DNA of 64,000 nucleotides from Perna viridis (Eukaryota): NCBI GenBank assembly GCA_037379345.1, contig CM074518.1, positions 29,202,001 to 29,266,000 of the forward strand, read 5' to 3'. Shown piece by piece: positions 47,131 to 60,600 of this stretch (position 1 is its first letter; each line of letters starts with the position of its first letter). The notes under the pieces were generated by a model. It saw only the letters and a program-made list of their open reading frames with translations, ran no database searches and was not told where the DNA came from. The position numbers and the translations under genes were made by a program.

Positions 47131-49224
47131 ACTTATGTGACGATCGTATACGGCAATTTCTTCTTGGAGTATGAGGTCACTGTAATAATTTTATTGATTT
47201 CTCAACATTTCTAATTAGTTGGCTGATTACATTCGAATAACGAGTGATTTTTATGTTCTATATGGAAAAATGCAGAATTGTTTTACGTGTACTGAAAACA
47301 CTCAAGGAGTTTCATATACAATGTACTTATTTCCTTGTAAATTTAAGTATCTTTTGTTTGATTTCAATCACATATGCGCATAGCTGAGTAAAGAAACTGA
47401 TGGAAAAAATACGTTGACCTTTTCCGTAGATTATAAAAGAACAATGTTCAAGACAGTACAAGAGACAAACAACTATGCAGAATTTAAAATGGTGAACAAG
47501 CCACCATTCGGTGATAATACTCGTTACATTTATGATTACAGAAAGACTACAGGCGAAATCAAAAATATAAAAAAAAAGTCAATAAGCTAGAGTATTCTTA
47601 TAAAAAACTCTCTATAACTTCGCTGTTCTTTCTTTCGTTTAAATATACATATACAACTATGGTTACTTTTTTTAGTATTAAATTGTGCATGTGGTTTCCT
47701 CCGTAGCTCTGATAGCAGCCGCTTCTAGAATTATTATGTACCACTCCGCCAGCTCTACCGTACAGAATTAAAATGTTCACGTGACATAAGCTGTTCCCAA
47801 CTGCGTCCTAATTTTCACCGACGTGGTACCTAGTAATAATCTATGACTAAGGTGTGTTTGATCTTTTCGTAGAGTAGAGGCGTTTTACGGCTAAAAGTCA
47901 TTACAGGTTAACTCAACAACTATTTGTGAACTTATTCAATTGTTGTATTTTCCTTGTATTTAGAACTTTGCACTGTCGATATCATTGCTTCTCCTTTAAT
48001 AGCAAGTACTGATATGAAAATAATACTGGAATATCACTGAATTTCATTCTTTATTTTAACCTGAAGACAAACCGTATTACATATATATATTTGGTAATTG
48101 TATCCAAATACAGAAAGCGTTATAGAAACGGACCATGGTTAATTTCTTGTCTTCAGGCAGGATATTAATTAACATTAAGCATATAACCAAAGTAGAAAAA
48201 AAGAGTGTAACGGCGATACTAATCAAGAAACAGTTAAAACCTTATTATTTCAATAAACGAACAATAAACGCCAGAATTTCATGATTTGGAAGAAACTGTG
48301 TCTAATCCGATGCATAACGTACCAGGACAAATTTTTATTCTTTCGATAAAAAAGCTAATAAGACAGATTTCATCACAATTTATTGTTCCATGTTTCTAAT
48401 AGTCTCGTCAATCATTTTGCGGATGAGCATCCTCGTATTCCTTGTTCTGTAAAGAATAAAAAGTGCCATGACTAAGTATTGGAATGCTATCAACATTAAG
48501 TCATATATATACAATGTGTATTGGATGTTTTGAAATGCAATTTCTCTTATAGTGCATACATTTATCTATTTCTGGATGTTGTTTTCGTCTCTTGAAGTTC
48601 GACTTCTTTTCATTATACCGAATCCGTGGCCTTTAAAAAATAATTTTGTTCAATGTAAGAATTTTATTAAGTACGTAAAACAGATAGTTAGACAAAACTT
48701 CTGTTAGAATAGCGTCTGAATTATTAGTATACGATGGCATTTTTTTCTTGTTTTTCTAAATACCGCTGCTGTAAAGGGATATGGAACAGTGCGCATGTTA
48801 AGTATTTGTTTTGCTCATGTAACTTTGAAACCATACTTTTGTTATGTTTTCCCAGGAACAGGGGAGTAAGTGACAATTTTAGCTTGGATTTTCATGTGAT
48901 TTTTTTTTCCATTTTTTCAAATTATTCTCAAGTCAAAGGTAAATTGCTGCCAATTTGAATGAAGGTGAAGTAGTCTGCTGAATATATGTTGAAACGTGTT
49001 CATACAAATTTACAAGATTTCTTTTTACGAGTATAATTTTAGCGATTTTATTTCGTTACTGTAATACAATGGGAATTTTTTAAGCACAAAAACACACCTT
49101 ACCTTTCGGCATGTAATTACTGAGCATTAAGGACGCTGCATTAGAAAACAAGATAACGATATGAGGAGTTTGAGTTTTTTTAGACAAAATAGATGTCAAT
49201 TTTCGACAAGCCTGTTTGTTTTCT

Positions 49225-50090
49225 AAAACTAGAAAACTATAGGCCTAAGAAGGTATGTATCGCTCGCCTGAAATCCTTTTCTCCACCTAATGGATATTTG
49301 ATACTAGCAATTATATTCGAGCAATATATATTTTGATCTTTGTGGGGAAGTCACTCATATCCCTACCACGATTTGTGCTAATCATAAGGAAAATTTCATC
49401 AAACAAAAGTTTCTTTTTGTCCATGGACCTTTTTTGTGTTAACCGTAGGAGACTCGATGAGCATGCGTGCAGCATGCCCAATATACACTTCCGCGAGGAA
49501 AATTCGTTTGTTCTACCCAAGCTCTACCTCGCGGAAATATATATTGAGCATGCTCATCAACGTAACATAAAAGGGCCCATTACATGGTTTTCAAGATACC
49601 GAGTAAAACCTGCAAGAAACATTATTCTATCCTACAAATTTGACCAAACGGAGACTTTAATAGACCATGAGATAACGAATAGAAAGTTATTTTCGGTCTA
49701 TTTTGGGTTTCAAGATACTGGCTAAAACTGAATGAAGCTTCTTTTTCACCTTTCAATGGCAATAACTTAGACAACAGGTCGTCTTTCGACCCAATTGAGA
49801 CTTTTGTAAACCTTTTCAAGCCGAAACATCTACTTTTTCTACATCTCACATAGTTTTAGAGATGTACATTGAAATAAGTGCCTGTATCCATATATTTTAT
49901 AAACAGACATAGCGGTTATCTTTTTTTTTTCATGGAGCAAAAGTCCAAACACAATATCTACGCATGATACCTTACGAAGCATTCACGCCAATTTAAATTA
50001 AAATCTGTCAAGTACTAAGAATTTAAGAGAAGAATTGTTTACATACGACGACGACGGGCGCAAAGTGACGGTGCAAACTCGTATGAGCTT
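49225..50090 (-). mobile_element. HINE/Helentron-like element, with an internal hairpin insertion at about 49457-49558
   Basis: Reverse-complement 3' end ...TATCGCTCGCCTG at 49257-49270 and a (GAC)n microsatellite near 50046-50058 at the other end. Boundaries approximate. Confidence 0.55.
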
Positions 50091-50943
50091 ACTCCAGCGA
50101 TGCTAGAGGTGTCTGGCAAGCTATTTTCTGACTTGATGCCATCATAACCTCTAGTATCTGACACATTGAAAGCCACCGCAAATGTGAATTAGCTAAACAT
50201 GTGTTTTAAAATATTTCAAGTCTTTTATTTATATAAAACTTTAACCCACCGGAAATCGAGCGATAAAAATCCTAAATATTTGTTAAATACCTAGAAAACA
50301 TTTGCAATGAAGACAGTTGTCAAATGACCAGCAATTTTGAATTAGGTTACTAATTTTACGGAATACACTATACTTTTCACAAAACGAACTTAAAGTTGGT
50401 AAAGGCAATTCGTTGGTTAATTTGATATGTTCGTTTCGCAAATTTTAAAATCCGTAATTTTATCAACCGGAATTACACACTCAAAAAGCAAAAAACCAAA
50501 TATGAAGTTCATTTTAACCGTATTTACAAAGGATTTCCAGGATTGCTGGATTTTCTCATCAGGTAGGTCATTTGTTTTTCTTCAATGTAGTCCCCTTCAC
50601 CCGTGTTATGGTAAAGAAACTATAAAAACGTTTTAATTGGTAAAAAGTTTATTATAATTCTGCTGATTTCAAAAAACGTGGGAACGAGCGTTATGCAATA
50701 TAGCGCTCGGAAGTAAGAGATTGGGGTATGGAGGAACGGAATTCCAACCTCTATCGTTGTAGGAGTATTATGAGCTGACAATTAGCTACCGTGATACAAA
50801 GAGATCCCAGTATACCAATTTGTTCCTGGGACCTGCTCTTTTATCCGCAACAATATGAACTTATTATTACCTACCGTGATATAGTGAGATCCCCAGTACA
50901 CATTTCAAATTCAATCTTTATTCTTGGACCCTGACCCCCTTTT

Positions 50944-51273
50944 TTACCCAAAGCAATGATATCCTCGTGCGGATCGGTCGACAGAACTAAGCCTAAATAT
51001 ATTCACCCGTTGGCAAAAATCGTCGAGATTGCAGTGCCCAGTAAAGGTATGGTATACAGCATCACAACAGTAATGAAAGAAGCAGATATCATTCGATCCA
51101 GTTACATTGTGGCTTTCAAACTCGTCATGTTTCAGGGCCACCTGTGTAGAATTGTCAGCTGTATTTTTCAATGTGCAGTCGCCTCCTATTTCCGGTTGGT
51201 AGGCTGTTTGATTTTTTACTGCGAACTCAATTCCGCTTGGGCAACGACTGAATCTAAGGGACAAGAACTCAAC
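50944..51273 (-). CDS. Candidate terminal coding exon or pseudogene of a Cys-rich extracellular protein (8 Cys, three N-x-T sequons)
   Basis: Open frame VEFLSLRFSRCPSG...HCFG* begins immediately after a TTTTAG acceptor in phase 0. It has no ATG of its own, and an out-of-frame hydrophobic stretch lies upstream. Confidence 0.4.
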   Translation of the reverse strand, partial: VEFLSLRFSRCPSGIEFAVKNQTAYQPEIGGDCTLKNTADNSTQVALKHDEFESHNVTGSNDICFFHYCCDAVYHTFTGHCNLDDFCQRVNIFRLSSVDRSARGYHCFG

Positions 51274-51456
51274 CTAAAACCGTACAACGCAAACAAAGAC
51301 AGTTCAAGATTAAAATAACTCATTAGAATGTAAAATGACATTGTCACAAATTGTGAGTTCAAGTAAAAGCTAGATATTTCACTGGAACTTTGCAACACAA
51401 GTCGTTGGCGCATAGATAAAATTGGGGATTCTTGTGGAAACAATTTTTCTTTGAGA

Positions 51457-51890
51457 AACTAGAAAAACTGTGAGCAATGCTCACTAAATTGATATCAATG
51501 CCACAGTTGATAATGTGCACCCTTGACTTCCAAATCGGTTTGGATCAAAATCTTGAATAAAAGGTCTACAAATTCAATACTAAATAAAGATTTTGTATGT
51601 GAAAGTTTCATTAAACTCCATTTATTGTCGTAGGAGGAGAAAAGGATAAGACATGCTCCCCCATGTCCCAAAATTCATGTATGACAAAGTTCATGTTTTG
51701 CTATGTAAAACCCCAAATTTGATATAGATCGGAATCTTAAGTAGTATGTGCACAATGGGAATATGAAATAAAAATTCTGTGAAAGTTTTATCAAATTCCG
51801 TTATTCGCGATGTAGGGTGAGTAATGGCCCTCCTCTGCGTAACGAACAGAAGGAAGGACGGATACCCCTAACACTATATACCCCGACTCC
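51457..51890 (-). mobile_element. HINE-like element
   Basis: AACTAGAAAAACTGTGAGCAATGCTCAC hairpin end, internal GTGAAAGTTT repeats, and a GGAAGGACGGA...CACTATATACCCC end. Confidence 0.45.
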
Positions 51891-52399
51891 CCACTGAATT
51901 AATGTTGATATTCACCTATAGCCTTAGAATAATACTATATAGGTTACAATATCACTATTAAGGGGAACCAGTCGCATGCACATAAGAGAAAGTAGTCAGT
52001 AAAAAAACAAAGTAGGTTGCATTGTAGTTTTTGTGATCATCTGAAAGCTTATCATGTCAGATCCACACTGAATACAACAGTTTTGAACTCTGATGTAGAG
52101 AATAATTTGTTAGAGACTAGAACTTAAGCCCATTGCTTTGTCAAATTTCCAAAAGGAAAGTAGTATTTTCAGTACCGGTCTACTCACTTCACTGTTCTTT
52201 CTTAGAAGTCATTAAAGGTATGCTGCAAATTTTATGAGAGTCTTTAAAGGGTCCCCTCTATGATAAAACCTGTTAAAGTTCATTTTAACAAACTTGAAAC
52301 TAAGAAAGATGGGGACCTTGAAAATTGCTTAATTCAATATAGAAAGTAATGGGACTTTTAATAGTGGTTTTACAACTAAAGATATTTAATCAAGTCTGA

Positions 52400-52558
52400 G
52401 TTACAACCCAACTATAGAATCGATGAGAGGTTGCAAAAATTAGCAATGTAACTTTGGTCGCTCCTTCAGCGGGATTCGAACCCCTTCTCTTCTCTGACAT
52501 CTATGGCAACACCACCTGCACTAAGTCCAACGCTCTAGAACACTCGGCTTACTAGGCT
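52400..52558 (-). mobile_element. tRNA-derived SINE head (Pol III A and B boxes)
   Basis: On the minus strand, A-box-like GTAAGCCGAGTG and B box GGTTCGAATCC (52482-52472). No acceptor-stem pairing, so not a functional tRNA. Confidence 0.6.
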
Positions 52559-52833
52559 ATATAAAATATAGTTTTCGTTAACCGAATTATACTTCCTCGT
52601 AAGTAAAGCTAGAGCGCGAATAATAGCACATGATAGAGACCGTGCATGCTAAGTATCTATGAGGTAGAACGCTCATTTCGGGTACAAGAAAAAGGTGCAT
52701 AGTGCATCTTTGATACGAAAAAAATCATATTAAGTATAATTAGACCGCTATATTTGCTTCTAACCGAATTTATAATAAAATTACCATGGATTTTTATGGG
52801 AGAAAATAAATCGAAAAATATAACATGATTGCT

Positions 52834-53385
52834 TCAAAACACTAATTTTATATTCTTAAATCGAAAAAAATTCACGACTCTCTTCAATTGCCGACTATAT
52901 TTCTCGTGTTCATTTGACCTGAAATCCTGGACCTGCTCTTGACATAAATATACTACCTTCGAGTCCTCATTGCAAATTAGTGCATAATTATCATCTCTAA
53001 AGCTGTCATGCATAAAGTCAATCAGAGATTCTTTTTCTTTGCCCGGGGGGCAGGGATCGTCAGCATATAAATTACCATCCATGTAAGACCGAGTGGCGCC
53101 AGGGTCGCCGTGGAGGTGTTTGGATCCAAGACCCACATTGTAAGGATTTCTTCGCCTATCAAGGAATCGTGCAGTTCCACTGGTGTCGCATACATATATA
53201 CAATCCTCTGTCCATTGCAGCACCGACTTAGAGTTTATACCACGTTTGCATTCTTCAGCATAATAATCGAATAGTTCCCTCCATTGGTCAGACAGGTATT
53301 TTCTGTAAAAGGAACTTTTTACTATGTCTCCACTATTGGCGACCAGTGGAAGGAAGAAAAGAAGACAAATTATTGTTAACTTCAT
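52834..53385 (-). CDS. Uncharacterised secreted protein, 183 aa, with an internal two-fold Cys-containing repeat; distantly related to the 216-aa and 607-aa proteins
   Basis: Clear signal peptide MKLTIICLLFFLPLVANS. Motifs CIYVCDTSG and LICNEDSKV resemble CTYICDKG and LxCxxDxxL of the paralogs. Confidence 0.8.
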   Translation of the reverse strand: MKLTIICLLFFLPLVANSGDIVKSSFYRKYLSDQWRELFDYYAEECKRGINSKSVLQWTEDCIYVCDTSGTARFLDRRRNPYNVGLGSKHLHGDPGATRSYMDGNLYADDPCPPGKEKESLIDFMHDSFRDDNYALICNEDSKVVYLCQEQVQDFRSNEHEKYSRQLKRVVNFFRFKNIKLVF

Positions 53386-54665
53386 CGTGTTGGTCTTGAG
53401 ACTAGTGACAAAACAACAACCACCAAAAATGGGATAAGAAAAGGATGAATTGATTTCGTATGAGAGGGCACTTTTAAGGAGTAGCGAAAGGCCAAATAGG
53501 AAAAAAAATGTGTTATGGAAGTTCTTAGTTTGAACTTTTATTTTTAGAAGAATCGATGTTCTACTGGTCGTTTTGAAACAAAATAATTATCTATATAATA
53601 ATGTCAAGTTTTGGATATGACACAACACAGGGAAAATCAAACATGTATTATGAGGTATTTTTTTCTGTGATTATTTATTATGTGACCCGATTAGGACCTC
53701 ACTTAAGGAACACAAAGACGTGTTGGTATCTTTTGTATATCAACGTTGTACATAAAAGAAGTCAATTGCAGATGGTAACTTAGACTTCAGAAAATTCATG
53801 ATTCTGAATAAATTAACATCTTGAAACGAAAAAAATTATTATGCTATACATCCGCTTATGTCAATGTGTCATTAACTTAAAACTAAGACGAAGGCAAACC
53901 TCAAACACGTGCATTCTCTTAGTATTTGCTCATGGTCCACGCAGGGCAGACGTTCGTTCTGCATTTTCTGAGAGGGCTGGTGGCAGGGTCTACAGTGAAT
54001 TTCGAACGTCAGACGCTGTTCGGGGCTTGGTATTTGCTAAGAGTCTTTTCCTACCCGTGCGAAGTCCTGTTTTATTGTAGTTTTCAGTGTGTTCAGTTTT
54101 TTTTCCTTCACACTGTTAATTTTAAATACTGTTTTAATCATTCTTCATGGCACCACTATATATATAGACAGTTTACATGAAAACGCTCAAATTCACGGAG
54201 TCGAATGATTAAAATAACGTGATGGGTTGTTGGTTCTAACTTCAACAAAGTTGCACAAAAGAAACAATTACTAGTCACTAAAAGTATTTATAACAGCGCG
54301 TGGTGTATTTGAGAAATACTATTTATAATGTGTTTTAATGGAATGTTATGTCTTCCTTTGCACTGCTCTTGTTATTGACATAATACAAATGCTTAACATT
54401 CTTGGGATTTTTTGGTCCCTAATTCCTAAACAGTTCAAGTTACCACCAGATTCAACCCTAACAGTCCCCCTTTTTTTGCGGTATGCCACCTTTTAATACA
54501 ATTCATTTAAAGTCAAGTTATTGTCCGGACACCAAAATGTCTACGGATGACGGACGATAAGGACAACATTATACCATTTATTAAATATTTTGCGGACGTT
54601 TAAAAAGCTTTGAGATGAAGAATATTGACAGTACAGAAGACAATTTACAATATTTTATTACAATT

Positions 54666-57600
54666 TTATAATAGATGTCTGTACTTTGGGTTAATGTCCA
54701 GTTTACACGTTGGGCATGGAAATTCCTTGGTAAGAAATGGTTCGTACCTGGAAATAAAAATAACTCCAATAAATTTAGGATCATCTGCGTAGTGGCATAA
54801 GAGGGTATGATTTGGATATTTAATTGCAAAGGTATCGCCTGACGCATGTTCCAGTAGCTAAAATAATGAATGACTAGGGTGTCTATATTAATTTGATTAT
54901 CATAGACCACAAGAGCTTAAAGTAAGATAAAAAAAATCCTTAACCCAATTTGCTTAAAATATAATTAAACAGTTGATCCGGAATGTGCTCAAAATATGAG
55001 AAAAGCCTAACCCAAAATTATATTTTTAAAATGTAGTTCAGAAATCTAATTCGAATTTTGGACGAGTTTGACGAAAGTATAAAAGCAAGACAACCTTCAA
55101 CAAGGAACAAGACTAAATCAAGAAAATAAACAAAACACTATAAATAACTCGAATAAAAAAAAAAATCATACAGAAACTGAAGAATAAATGAACACAGACT
55201 CCACTAAACTGGGAGTATGGACCAAGTGCACCGTTAGGGTAAGCGTCGTGGAATCATGGTAATACTGGCCCAACTCCAGCATAGACATCGAACCATACTA
55301 GCATCTCTAATCGGCGACAAAAAAATTCAAAACATACCAGTAGTTAACTGCTAGATTTCTTTTCTTTTCTTTGTTAGGAAAAGATTGGACTTCGTGCCAC
55401 CAAAATGCAGGCATAAAAAGGACATCCCCTTCATCTATAGTACAGTTTAGGGGATATGTCTCAGCAAATTTTGGGAATCTCTGAAAATATTCGAAATGCA
55501 ATGTAAAGATAGAAAATTACTACAAAAAAATTAACTTAATTTTGCAATAAATTAAATTGTTATATATTTTTGAAATTAAATAAGAAGTTTAAACAAGTTT
55601 AGAGTAAAAGCTTTAAAGTATTGCTATAGTAAGTAGTTGAATAAGCGTTTCGAAGATTCTGAAGTATATACAAGATATAATGATAGTAAGAAGAATTATT
55701 TCAGTATTTTTGAAATTTAGTAAAGCAAAATCAGTTTAAACAAAGCATGAAATAAAATAAAAATATATTCAAACAAGGATCTACTAGTATTCTTTCTTTC
55801 TCTAGCATGCATTGAGATTATAATAAGTTTTTAGTCAATATATACACGTACATAGTTTATTTAGTTGTAAGCTGTTGATAATTATTTCTACTACTTCAAA
55901 ATTTCAAGCCTCTATTGAGACATGATCTTGTTTGACTATCAAGAAAAACGATTGACAACTGTTAGCCAAATGCAACATTTTTCACTCATGGGATTGAACC
56001 AATTGATTTAAACTGGTCCATTTACGACCACTCCAGTAACATGCGTACTACTGGGCATTAACCTAAGCTTGTCCTTTTCTTCTCGTAACTATGCTCAACA
56101 CAAGGCATTTTCTCAAGCATGATACTAAGTTTTTGAAAACAAATCTCCAACTTCAGTCAGTTTATTTGTTATATAAAGCTTATATTATTTTTCATCTTTA
56201 TAAGACTCCATCGTTTCTCTCCATTTTAGTTTGAAGACCATAAGGGTACACTGATAATTTTTTTCCCTGTATAAGACGAAGCATTACTGTTGGTGCAATC
56301 ACCTTGTACCATAGCAAAATAATGGTCAGAGGGGAATAACCCTGCATCTCCTACATCAACTAAAAATACTGAGCAAGCTTACAAACAGACGCTCCGCTCC
56401 CACTTCAGATGGACTTAAATAATGTTAATCCATTAAATTTAATTCTCCCCACTTGCAGTAATCTTCAGACGCTCACATCGACATACAACGCCTCGCCTTT
56501 CTATATAATTTTTTTTACAGCCAACGAAGCTGCATAGGAGGAATAGCGCTATAGGTATAAACATAAGTCGCAGGCATTAGGCAATAATTATTTCTTTTAT
56601 GTACATATACATACGATGCCTAACATTCTTATACAATTAACTTTCGCGGTTTAGGACAAGTACCACTTAAATAAAAGACACGAAAACCGTCAGAGGTTGA
56701 AGTGGATATGTATGTCACACAAGCTTTGTTTGCATGTGTTGTAAAAATAAGATGGTTCGTTTCTAGATGAAAGACTTCGGCATCCAGCAATTTTTCCCAG
56801 GTTAAACTATTAATGTAGAATATGGATTGAATGTGTTTTAAAAAGAAATAAATCTTATACTAGATAGGAAACCGCATGACTGAAAAAGGTATCAACCAGA
56901 GGAAACCTTGCCTCATATGACAACCAAAGCTGTTTTGAATAAAATATTCAGAAAATGGTGTTCTCTGTAGTGAAGTATACAGACATTGCGCCTGTCCAAG
57001 TCAGGAATTTCTGGCCTCTGCACTTGTTCCGTTTTCACCTTTTAAATTGGTTTATTTTGATGTTACTTGAGTATATAGGGGCTACTCTTTCACTGTACCT
57101 GTGTATAGTGTTTTGGGTCCAGTTGCAGTTTGCCCTATGGTACATGTATGAGAGTTTCTTCGTCGTTAATTAATTGGTGGCCTTGTGTTGACATTTTCAT
57201 CCCCATGGAGTTGTTGTCTCTTTGACATATACACCATACCTATTCTCGTTCTATTATGTGCACTATAATTAAGTGAAGATGTTTTTTGAACGAAAAAAAT
57301 ATTCTGTTGACGGAACATTCAGTTTCTTCAAACCGAGGAATTACACTTACAAAGGGGTAACGGACAGACGGACGGTCAGGACAAAAAACAATACGTCTCT
57401 CCTCCAAGGTTAGGGGAGACATAATGAGTAAGACATTACCAAATCGATATCTATACAAGAATTGATTTTTATGAGGCAGCTGTTGGACATTACAATCACC
57501 AATAACAAACCTGTTCAATATAGATCACTGATGCAAGGGAAGGGATAAATTATATACCATCACAGTTGGTTAATAATTAAGACAATGAGCCCTCTTGAAG

Positions 57601-60600
57601 GAAAACTAAAGCATTTTTTATAAAGATTTTCTTTTTTTTGGCTTTCCTCCTGAAATAACACCATGCATTGTTTCCTTACCAGTTCATAATTGCAATCTAC
57701 TTCTTGTACTGATACAACATACAGGAGACATGATGAAATGGAAAAACATATTATTACAATGCTACAAAATTAACCATAGACTTTCATCAAAGCTTTCAAA
57801 ATGTTTATTTTTGTATGTCTGAAATTAATTACAATCAAATTCACAGGTGAAGTAACCAAAGTTGTTTTTTTTCCTTAAAAACACAAAAAAAATAGATGAT
57901 CACTTCTTTAGAATTTTTTGTAATGAGGGAATCTTGGGTTGATCAGAAAATCAATGGTTAAGTTGCTTACATTGTAAGGATTACCTTGATCTACACAAAC
58001 ATGTAGTTACATGCAAAGAATACAAACTAAATCATACATATACATGAACATTCTGGGACAATAAATGTGCCTTTGCTTCCTTAAATATTTTAAAGGCTGT
58101 ATTGAGAATCAAAATGAAATAATAAAACAATAGTACTGATACAATGTACTAATATAGATTACATTCTTGGTAATAAAATTTATACAAATGTGAACAAGAT
58201 ACAGCAATATATATTTGTTCTAAAAGTATTTTGGGATTACTTTGTTTGGTATCAAATTCTTGGTTTTGAGATAAATATTAAAATAGCTGATAAATCAAAA
58301 TTCAATAAAATAGATACAAGTATTACTTAATCTCTTTAAGTTAAACAAAAAAAATAATGTTTGAAGACCACGATAAACTACCAGCTTTCACAACACTATT
58401 TATACCTATGAAAATTCAAACATGAAAGGTATCAGTGAAGTGTTATCCAAGACCTATTTTTTGAAACATGGCTTAATATACATTCTAAACTTATTTTCAA
58501 ACAGTTTGTTTATAATGTGTACTGAAAATTATAGGATAAATTAGACAAATTGGGATCAATGAATGTTTTCTTATATTTCTCAGTTACCTAAAATTCAAAT
58601 AAAATCCAATTATAAATTGTCCTCAATTGAATAAGAAAATTTTCTCTAAATTCTGATAGAAAACAATCAAATAAAGAGAAAATTTAAGAAAAACAAAATA
58701 AATTTTCAAACCTGGAAATCAACATTAGCTAGGTCAACAGGGGACATAACCATGGATGTACTTTCCACCAGTTGTTTTCTTCTGAATTGCTTTGTGGAAT
58801 GATTGTAACTTAGCATTGCTTCTGGAATATGAGCTTCATACAGTTTGGTGTTGTCATGAGGTTCAAACAAAATTACTTGCTTTCTCCCACTTATCTGTAA
58901 AAATATGAATCCAGACAATTATTGAATATGAAACTATCTTTGTCTTGTATATCATTTTACAAGATCAATTTTACTTGGTCTACCTCAGAAATGTCTAGAA
59001 ATTACTTTCATTTTGGAAATTTTAAAAATACAATCTTTTAAACTTTTTGAATAACTAGTATCAGGACAAATCTCAATCTCATCACACTAGGGTTTGTAAG
59101 TCTTGTTCTAGTTTTAGTTTTCCTTCCGGAATTTCCGATGCAGAATATATTGAAATCTGAAGACCAATTTGCATTTTATTGTTTACTTCTGAGAAATTGA
59201 AACGCTACATCATAATGCAAAATCTTCTATTTTATGATTTTCTTAACATTTTTTATCTGTAGAACTAAATATTTTACATTTTTTATCAGTATTTTTACAC
59301 GAAATAGATATTTTGCTTTTAATATTGAACTCAATGTTATGTTAAAGACGAATTTCCATGCATTTGAATGGGAGACGAGGACCCATTCTCATGAAACCAT
59401 GGAGTCACATGACGAGACTTACATACTCTTTACGCTACATGTTCTTGGTGAGAAGTTTCACTGTTACAGTAACTGTTTGTACAGTATTAGACTTCTAGCT
59501 TTATGCAATTTGGCAAAAATGTTTACCCTTAGTTATCAGAATATTATTTCCCATTAGAAAGTGGAAATGTAAAATATTTTCCCATAAGTTACAAAATCTA
59601 ATTCTAAATTTACCTGACACAACAAATTGTCAAAGGGATCAAAGTGTAGTTTTCCCAGTGTATTGCCATCACTAAACCAAATATTCAGATGTTGCCTTTT
59701 GAGAAGGCTTGAAATAAATGTCATTTCTTCAATGTCTGATTCTAATTCTGGAAGGTGCTCTGGTATAGAGGAGTATTCCAAGTATGCGGACACATTTTTA
59801 ACTATTCCATTTGACACATTCTCTACTAAATCGACCAGGTCTGAAAATTTCATATTGAGAGATGCTGGACGTACTACAACTAAATCTTGAAATTCAAGTT
59901 TCTTTTTCACTGTGTCTGGAATTTTAAATGATTTATAGTTGTCCCATAATTCTGCAGATTCCACACCTTCAAAGTCTCCTCCTGGTGTGAGTTTTATATG
60001 AACATCTTTGTCACCATACTGATTTCTCAGAAAGTCATTTGACCACTTAATCAAGGCCGGCCAATTTTCTATTGCATTTTCTATTATTACTGGTTTTGAT
60101 AACTTAAGATAAGAATGGAAAAAATCTTTTTGAGTTGGGACTTTTATTCTTTCACATTTTGGAATAAATCTGTTAGTATGAGATCTGTGATGATACAAAT
60201 GTGATGGCTTAATTTTATCATGAACACATGAACTGTTTTCTTCATTCTTGTTATCACAAGAATTATAATCCTCCTTTAATTTAAACATAGAAGCAGCTGT
60301 AACTGATGAAACACTGGAGACTGAAAAGAGATTTTCTCGGATTTCTTGTCTATGTAGGCCCTCAATACTAAGACCTCCTTTGACAGTTCTGTAGGTATTA
60401 CATTTATTATTGATAAAGTCTACAATAATTTTTTCAGATAGTGATCCTTTATATTTGTGTACTTTAGGAGGCGGTATTTTTGCTGGCAGTAAACAAGTTC
60501 TGTCTAATTTAGCCATTGGAAATAAAACCAAATCGTTTGCATAAAGTTCATCGTTATTTATGCCTTTCAGGGTTTGATTGTCTTGCCATCTAAACGTATC

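Noticed and set aside
49333-49725. 130-aa ORF
   Set aside because: TTG start, spans a HINE-like repeat and a hairpin insertion; no domain signal.
50956-51318. 120-aa plus-strand ORF
   Set aside because: No signal peptide or motif; probably the antisense shadow of the Cys-rich minus-strand frame.
52459-52558. tRNA gene
   Set aside because: A and B boxes are present but there is no acceptor-stem pairing or clean anticodon arm; better explained as a SINE head.
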